A DNA stretch of 64,000 bases from Octopus vulgaris. Its lineage: Eukaryota. The notes under the pieces are model-generated. The model was not told the DNA's origin. It worked only from the letters and a program-made list of their open reading frames with translations, and did not search any database. The DNA lies in NCBI GenBank assembly GCA_951406725.2, contig OX597832.1:43090001-43154000 (forward strand), in the 5' to 3' direction. Position numbers and translations under genes: made by a program. Position 1 is the stretch's first letter; each line of letters starts with the position of its first letter. This document shows positions 55,691 through 64,000 of this stretch, one piece after another.

Positions 55691-55940
55691 CACTCGCACA
55701 CGCACACACTCAGTTCTCATTCTCATATGAATTCCAAGATTTGATCTCTGCTGCTAAATAAATTGCAACCCCAAACAAATACATCTCAGATTTTGATATA
55801 ATTAACTAACCTCCTGTTTCATTCATGCACACAGAATCGTACACATACTAACACGCATGTACTCAAACACACACACACACACTTAGAACAGCCGCAAATA
55901 TTTCGTATAAATCGAAAAATCCCCGCGAAAAAATAAATAG

Positions 55941-56087
55941 TAGGCACAGAAATGGTTGTGTGGATAATAAGCTTGCTTTGCAGCCACACTGTTTTGGGTC
56001 CAGTCCCACTACGCGGAACCTTGAGCGAGTGTCTACTACCATTGTCATGTGAGTGAATTTGTATGAAGGAAACTGTGTGGAAGCCCA

Positions 56088-56090
<3 letters not shown>
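55941..56090 (+). mobile_element. SINE family A head, diverged
   Basis: AGGCACAGAAATGGTTGTGTGG...CAGTCCCACTACG. Confidence 0.75.
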
Positions 56091-56134
<44 letters not shown>

Positions 56135-56420
56135 TGTGAAATTTGGTCTGATGTTACCTGCACATCTCTCTATGTGTTCATTTAAAGGAATTTATTTGTA
56201 TTGCGGGAACCGGATCTGCTCTTTATTTAGAGTGGTTTTCCGTCTCAATGTCATAATCGTCTGCCCTATATAGTGATGTTCACAACCTAAGCAGGTTATT
56301 ACATGAATTAGATTCTCAGAGGCACAAGTGAATATATAACTTAATATAATTATCTACAAGATACGGATGGTATTTGTGGACGCATGCATGTTTAATCCTT
56401 ATTTTATTTGATTAATTATT

Positions 56421-56730
56421 ATGGAACTTTTATTTCAGAAAATAACAATGACTGGCCCTATGCTAACTAATGAAATGAAAAGGTATGCTGTGATTGTGGC
56501 CTTGAAGGCTAAGCATAGTGATTTAGAAATTTCTAGTTTTCTGAGAGTTGCTAGATCTTTTGTCCACAAGCTTCGGTGTGAATTAGAGAAAGACGATGGA
56601 AGCGTCTTGCCTGTATCAAAACGTAAAAAACATTCCAAACGCTCTGATTCTATCAGGACACCTGAATTTATTTAGGAAGTTAAGCAAAACATTGCACACA
56701 ATCCAGGAAAATCGATGAGGTCAGTTGCAA
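56421..56730 (+). pseudogene. maT/DD37D-type transposase, N-terminal fragment
   Basis: MKRYAVIVALKAKHSDLEISSFLRVARSFVHKLR...[35 protein letters not shown] (bipartite HTH), cut by a (TG)n tract. Confidence 0.8.
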
Positions 56731-56904
56731 TTGTGTGTGTGTGTGTGTGTATGTGTGTGTGTGTGTGTATGTGTGTGTGTGTGTGTGTGTGTTTGTTTGT
56801 GGAAGCTAAAACATCTGGTGCGCTCGAGAGCAACAAAAACCTTGAAAACCTGTAAACGAATCGGGTTAGCTTGCGGTTGTGTAATCTTATACGGGCAATA
56901 TACA

Positions 56905-56943
<39 letters not shown>

Positions 56944-57960
56944 GCACACATACACTTGTGTATTTATATGTATATATATATATATATACACATATATATA
57001 TATTATATATATATACATATATATATATTATATACATATATATATGCATATATATATATATACGCACACATACATACACTTGTGTATTTATATGTGTATA
57101 TATATATATATACATATATATATGTATTATATATATATATACGTATATATATTATATACATATATATATGCATATATATATATATATTTATATATATATA
57201 TATTTATATATATTTATACATATGTATATACGTACGCACACTATACCGAATATATTTCGGGATTGTACACACGTACAATGTATACATACAGTCTTAATTT
57301 ACGTGCTCTCCAATTATAACTCCCACTCGTGTATACTCGTTTTAATTATATGTAATTAAACGCCGGCAGAATAATCAAAACCCTTTCAATGAACTGAGCA
57401 GAAGTACTGTTATACAACACGGATATTATTTTTTCTTTGTACAGGAGAACGCGGGGTTAATTCGTCCATAGCAAAGTAGCCTCCGGTGCCTTCATTTGAT
57501 GAATGAGTGTCAAATGACTTTTTGTGTTAACGGGAAATTCGCTGAATGGTTTATAAATGGAAGTTTTTATTAGCTGAACATTACTGAATAATTGATCCAA
57601 ATTGCAGCTGGTCGTGTTCCTTGGGGCAAGAGTTGAATTCCAGTCGTTACGATTTTTTCTTCTTGTTTATTCTTAGGCCGGATCACGAAAAGAAGAGTTG
57701 CTGAGGCCTTGATGTGAACGTTTCTTTTCTTGACCCCCACTTCATAATAGCCGATTGCGAGGACTTCGTTTGGTATTTCGTTTGTCGATTTTGAGATGAC
57801 GAAAGACAAATTCGACCACGACGAAATTTAAACTTAGACCTCGAGGTTCCGAAACAATACAGTAAAAAGGTTATTCTTAACTCTCCTTAAACGTTGATGT
57901 TCTGTTAGAACAAACTTTACAGCGGTAATTAAGTTTCATGAGAGAAACTCTCACACTGGA

Positions 57961-58193
57961 AGGCAGCGAGCTGGCAGAAACGTTAGCACGCCAGGCAAAA
58001 TTTCTTAGTGGAATTTCGTCTGCAGTTACGTTCTGAGTTCTAATTCCGCCGAGTTCGACTTTACCTTTCATCCTTTTGGGGTCGATAAATCAAGCACCAC
58101 TTGCACACTGGGGTCGATGTAATCGACTTAATCCGTTTGTCTGTCCTTGTTTGTCCCCTCTATGTTTAGCCTCTTATGGGCAATAAAGAAATA
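57961..58193 (+). mobile_element. SINE family B, full length, perfect 17-bp TSD
   Basis: AGAAACTCTCACACTGG at 57943-57959 and 58194-58210; B box GAGTTCTAATTCC. Confidence 0.95.
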
Positions 58194-58396
58194 AGAAACT
58201 CTCACACTGGCTAAAAAGCCAAAAAAACCAACACGAGTGTTTTTTCTCATGGTAATTACCGTGGTAAAGTTTCTTCTAATATAACACCTACTTTTATTTA
58301 TCGCCACTTAAATGTTCTAATAGAACATCTAAGTGAAGATAAATATTACCTCTCGGTAATAACACTAACTCTACCGCTGATATATATATGTATATA

Positions 58397-58800
58397 CTCT
58401 TACTCTTTTTTTACTCTTTTACTTGTTTCAGTCATTTGACTGCGGCCATGCTGGAGCACCGCCTTTAATCGAGCAACTCGACCCCAGGGACTTATTCTGT
58501 GGAAGCCCAGTACTTATTCTATCGGTCTCTTTTGCCGAACCGCTAAGTGACGGGGACATAAACACACCAGCATCGGTTGTCAAGCAATGCTAGGGGAACA
58601 AACACAGACACACACACATATACATATATACATATATACGACGGGCTTCTTTCAGTTTCGTCTACCAAATCCACTCACAAGGCTTTGGTCGGCCCGAGGC
58701 TATAGTAGAAGACACTTGCCCAAGGTGCCACGTGTGGGACTGAACCCGGAACCATGTGGTTGGTAAACAAGCTACTTACCACACAGCGACTCCTGCGCCT
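58397..58800 (-). mobile_element. SINE family A, full length
   Basis: Reverse-complement match to the 25502 copy. Confidence 0.93.
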
Positions 58801-58960
58801 ATATATATATTCTACCAAATATATACGTTTTTTTTTTTAAATTTACTTAATCTTCGGTATATTATTGTTATTTTAATTTTAATATTTCTATCATATGTAA
58901 TTTTCTAGATGGTGTAATTTAATTGTTCATTTTGAATTGATAAAAGGTGTTTTTTTCTTA

Positions 58961-59021
<61 letters not shown>

Positions 59022-59424
59022 GTATGCATGTATGTGTGTATGGGTGTATATATATTTAATTATGTAACTATTTCAAGAATCTCATTTGCAACGAATGAGC
59101 AATCAGTCTTGGTTGACACGTTATAAGCGTTTGCGTTGTATTGCATGTCCTTGAGCAAGTCAGCTAACGCTACTTGCCACAGCATATGACTAAGCATTCA
59201 TCTAACGCCTCCTCCTCCCACTTGCCTCACTCTCACTCCGTTCATCTCTCTCTCTCTCTCTTTCTATCTCTCTCCCTCTCTCGCTCCATCACGCACTCCG
59301 TCTCTATCCCCCTCTCTCTTCCTCTATTTCACTCCCTGTCTCGCTCTCCCGCTCTCTCCCCCTCTCTCTCTTTCAGTCTATTTATCATTTCCTTGCGTAT
59401 TTATATTTATATATATGTATACAC

Positions 59425-59531
<107 letters not shown>

Positions 59532-59533
59532 CA

Positions 59534-59631
<98 letters not shown>

Positions 59632-60145
59632 TGTATATATACATGTATGTATGCACGTATGTATATGCGTGTATGCATGTATATGTGTATAGATTTATAT
59701 ATATATAAATTGATATACATATATATGTTTGTGTAGAGCGATCCACTCTCTCTCTTTCTCACTCTCTCTATCATTCTCTCTATCTCTCTGTCTCTCTCTG
59801 TCTCTCTGTCTCTCTGTCTCCTATCTATCTATCTATCTATCTATCTATATAGCACCATGTCGAAGAACACACTCATTATAACCTTCCTGTTTTTGCATCC
59901 TCCCCAATCATTAAAGAGTTTAAATACTCCGACAACCCCAACCCGCCCTCTCTGCTGAATAACGTTATTACCACTGGTTAAGGCACCAAATTTTCTAAAT
60001 AAGCTTCTTTCAGATTCCACATTAATTCATTATGTAATATTCACAGAAATTCGGTCAATTCTGTTTTTTCTTTCCATTATGTTGTTATTGTTATTATCAT
60101 CATTACATGTAATCACCTTGATCACCAGTATTATTATTGTTATTA

Positions 60146-60211
<66 letters not shown>

Positions 60212-60413
60212 GTTGTTGTTGTTGTTGTTGATTTATTTTTTATATTGTTCTTTGTGTTTTTGTTTCTCTAAATTAATAAAAATTGATTTCAGACGGATAT
60301 TTTTCTGTTTCCAATGTGTCTATATTTGATACGCAAACACAAACTTACATATACACATATACACACTGTACACAGAGAAATAGTTATGCCTAGATGCACA
60401 CACGATATGTATC

Positions 60414-60557
<144 letters not shown>

Positions 60558-60660
60558 AAGAGAGAGAGAGAGAGATACACAGATGGACAGATAGAGAGTC
60601 AAAAATATGTATATATGGCGTGTGTACGTATGCACATGTTATATAGTCATATATATATAT

Positions 60661-60779
60661 TGGCCTGCTCGCTTAGCCAGCAGGGTGGCGTCATTCGAAG
60701 GCTAAAACAATGCGAACGCATTGTGAGCAGCGATGTGTAACAACATCTGATGGTCTGGTCGGTCACGTGATCACGTGAT
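60661..60779 (+). mobile_element. SINE family D tail only, within a TA tract
   Basis: Match to 35437-35550. Confidence 0.88.
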
Positions 60780-61082
60780 ATATATATATATATGTATGTA
60801 TGTATATATATACACTAGCAGTATCGCCCGGCGTTGCTCGGCTTTGTAAGGGAAATAACTATATAAGCATTTTTAGAGAGTTATAGCCAAAAAGTAGCAA
60901 AGAAATGCATTAAAAATTGAAAAAAAATTAAGGTAAATTTTTCTTTAAATCGTTGACATATCGTAGATATTTTTAGAGAGTTACTTCCCTTATATAAAAG
61001 CGAAAAAAATGCATTAAAATGGAAAAATATGATGGTAATTTTTTTTAAATCGTAGACGCGCGCTAATACCCAGAAGGGCTCG

Positions 61083-61454
61083 TTTGTTATTCTGGGTAAC
61101 TTTCTGTAAAATTATTAAAATTTTGTTCAAACATCGCTATAGAAAATGGGTTATTAGCTAATATTCAATTGGGTATACAACAAAATTTTACGATAGAATT
61201 TGTTATTCTGGGTAACTTTCTGTAAAATTATTAAAATTTTGTTCAAACATCGCTATAGAAAATGGGTTATTAGCTAATATTCAATTGGGTATACAACAAA
61301 ATTTTACGATAGAATTTGTTATTCTGGGTAACTTTCTGTAAAATTATTAAAATTTTGTTCAAACATCGCTATAGAAAATGGGTTATTAGCTAATATTCAA
61401 TTGGGTATACAACAAAATTTTACGATAGAATTTGTTATTCTGGGTAACTTTCTG
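61083..61454. repeat. 116-bp tandem repeat, 3.2 copies
   Basis: TTTGTTATTCTGGGTAACTTTCTG at 61083, 61199, 61315 and 61431. Confidence 0.96.
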
Positions 61455-61519
61455 ATACCCATAATAATATTTATGGCAAAATAGGCCTTAATTTCATTTA
61501 AGGTTGTGGGAAATAACAA

Positions 61520-61740
61520 ACTATCCTTTCTTTCGGTTTGTTTACGTTTAGCGTAATGATTTCAAATAGGCTCATTCGAAAAAGTAAATAGAAATAGTCT
61601 AAGGCTTTACTCTTCTGGGAAAGTCTGTGGCTTGGTCCAGTTTCTGCAGAAAACTCACCGAAAGAAACAGTTTTTAAATTTTCACTCCATTCAGGTACCA
61701 ATTCGTTTTCTTTATCGCTGTCGGATTCACTGTTTTCACT
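61520..61740 (-). pseudogene. piggyBac-like transposase N-terminal fragment inside the Helitron
   Basis: SENSESDSDKENELVPEWSENL...FSAETGP...ALDYFYLLF..SLFEII..N: acidic leader plus the PGBD 'F...GP...LDYF.LF...L...I...TN' pattern. Confidence 0.7.
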
Positions 61741-62452
61741 TTAATAGCTGCAAAGGTGATAGCGTCAGTGAAACAATTCGCTCCCTTTGTGCGTGTGTGC
61801 GTTTGCGTGTGGTGTAAACCAGACTAAGAAAAGCATTTGACACACACACCAGAATGTGAGTTTTCTGTAAATTTTGCTTAATTGGAGTTTAAATTTTAAA
61901 AACTGGACCTGGCATGACGCGATGCATTGTACTCTTAAAATTGCTAGGTAAATTGTAATTGAAGAAATCCTATATTGTAGATTTGTATAACTCCCAAAGG
62001 GAGGCAGATAAAATCTGCCTTTTATAATAAGAGATATATATATATATGCACACGCGCAGAAAACCGTTTAGAATTTTGAATAGCAAGTCAGAATTGAACT
62101 TTAACCGACATTCCATTTGATATTCTTATAGGAATTTTCACCTATCACTTGGATAAAAAGAATACTTAATTTCTCCCATATTAAATTCAACATATCCTAA
62201 AAGGGGACGATATATTGAATATGATGTAGTTGTTCAGCAAGACACAAACTACATTAGCAATAGCCTTCAACTTTCCTGTATTTCCTGTATTTTACAAATA
62301 TGACCCTAAGGACGTGAAAATATCATATATATCTTGCTTGTGAGTAGATGAGTATATTACGTGTTCTACAAATGATGATTGAGAAGAAAATATCGTACAA
62401 CATTTTAAGGTTCAATTTATTTATTTACAGGCAACCAATCAAATCTTCCTCA

Positions 62453-62524
62453 CTAAACACATTCCGATGTGTTCACGAATGTTTCTGCTTATATATTGTC
62501 ACGTTCTGTCACATCATCAGTTGA
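62453..62524 (-). ncRNA. Hammerhead-like motif with intact CUGAUGA and GAAA boxes
   Basis: Minus strand TCAA-CTGATGA-TGT...GCA-GAAA-CATTC...GAATG-T-G; AATAAA just downstream. Confidence 0.55.
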
Positions 62525-62615
62525 TTCAATAATCAACAACATGCAATTCGGAGAAACATTCCAAGAATCTTTAGTTTCACACACACTCGCGCGCGCACAT
62601 ACACACACACACACG

Positions 62616-62660
<45 letters not shown>

Positions 62661-62730
62661 ACGCATATCCAGGCGTATACTAATAAATATGTACATATAT
62701 ATGTGTATATATATATATATATCAATATAC

Positions 62731-62798
<68 letters not shown>

Positions 62799-63495
62799 GT
62801 ATTATACAGACATACTTATATATGTACATATATACTTACATATATACATACATACATACATATATACATATATATACATATATATATATATATATGTATT
62901 ATGTATGCATTTACATGTATGTATATACATGTATTCGTTGCTCTCTTACATTACATCCCATACATACGTACAAACACACACATACATGCATACATACATG
63001 CAAAAGTAATCAATTGGCCAGTCACTCCATTGTTCCATGAATTATTAAACGAGCGCAATCAGTCTTACGAAATATATATGTGTATATTTGTATGTATGTC
63101 TTCATGCCTAGGAGACAGTGAGAGAGTGGAAGAGACAGGCAGACCGTCAGACAAACAGAAACAGAGAGAAAGACAAAAAGAGAATGAGAGAGAAAGGCCA
63201 TATTCGTAAAAGGTAAAATATGGTGGTTTTTGCTTGTTATTCGGGTTTTGTTTGTTAGTGAAGAGTTTTGCAACATTAAGTGAGAATTTACGAGTAATTC
63301 CGTTTTAATTAAACAGTTATTTCGAGGCGATGCCTTCGCCCAATGGTGGGCGGAGCAAAACAAACTAGACCAGCAATAATGTTCTGATAATCTGGGATGT
63401 AATGGAAGAGAGCAACGAACAACAACAACAACGCCAACGACGACATTGGCAATAAAAATACTAATAATAATAATAATAATAATAACATTAATAAT

Positions 63496-63912
63496 AGGCG
63501 CAGGAGTGGCTGTGTGGTAAGTAGCTTGTTTACCAACCACATGGTTCTGGGTTCAGTCCCACTGCGTGGCACCTTGGGTAAGTGTCTTCTACTATAGCCT
63601 CGGGCCGACCAAAGCCTTGTGAGTGGATTTGGTAGACGGAAACTGAAAGAAGCCCGTCGTATATATGTATATATGTGTATTTGTATGTGTGTGTATATGT
63701 TTGTGTGTCTGTGTTTGTCGCCCCAACATCGCTTGACAACCGATGCTGGTGTGTTTATGTCCCCGTTACTTAGCGGTTCGGCAAAAGAGACCGATAGAAT
63801 AAGTACTGGGCTTACAAAAAAAGAATAAGTCCCGGGGTCGAGTTGCTCGATTAAAGGCGGTGCTCCAGCATGGCCGCAGTCAAATGACTGAAACAAGAAA
63901 AGAGTAAAAGAG
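63496..63912 (+). mobile_element. SINE family A, full length
   Basis: Match to the 25502 copy. Confidence 0.93.
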
Positions 63913-64000
63913 AATAACAATAACGATAATAACAACAACAGCGACGATGACGACGACAACAAGGAAACGGCCATCGATAACTAAAAAAACATCTGCAAGA

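Larger units (their letters stand above)
60815..62034 (-). mobile_element. Non-autonomous Helitron
   Basis: Minus strand A|TCTCTTATTATAAAA 5' end, GCCGAGCAACGCCGGGC hairpin, CTAG|T 3' end; no TSD. Confidence 0.88.

Noticed and set aside
57428-57500. Splice acceptor TTTTTCTTTGTACAG as start of a coding exon
   Set aside because: All three frames stop within about 12 codons and no good donor follows.

Overview
AT-rich, microsatellite-saturated animal genomic DNA. The repeat landscape ((TA)n/(CAT)n/(GATA)n tracts, several tRNA-derived SINE families, Penelope-like remnants) looks like a coleoid cephalopod, probably octopus; this is inference, not a database match. I can identify no host-gene exon, and almost all ORFs in the track are microsatellite translation artefacts. 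Recognisable coding remnants are all from transposons: a near full-length DD34D mariner with TIRs, N- and C-terminal pieces of a DD37D (maT) transposase, an internally deleted Tc1, two Helitrons (one with a PIF1 helicase remnant, one carrying a piggyBac fragment and a 116-bp tandem array), Penelope RT and GIY-YIG pieces, and CR1-like, R4/Dong-like and Tx1/L1-like LINE ends. Most notable: (1) about ten degenerate hammerhead-ribozyme-like motifs in Penelope-LTR-like fragments, two of these fragments ending in fold-back hairpins; (2) a Tx1-like LINE found only against (GATA)n arrays; (3) a short (TA)n-tailed retro-element found twice next to the same position of a SINE; (4) several unexplained inverted repeats. 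All alignments and folds were done by eye, and boundaries of decayed repeats are approximate.
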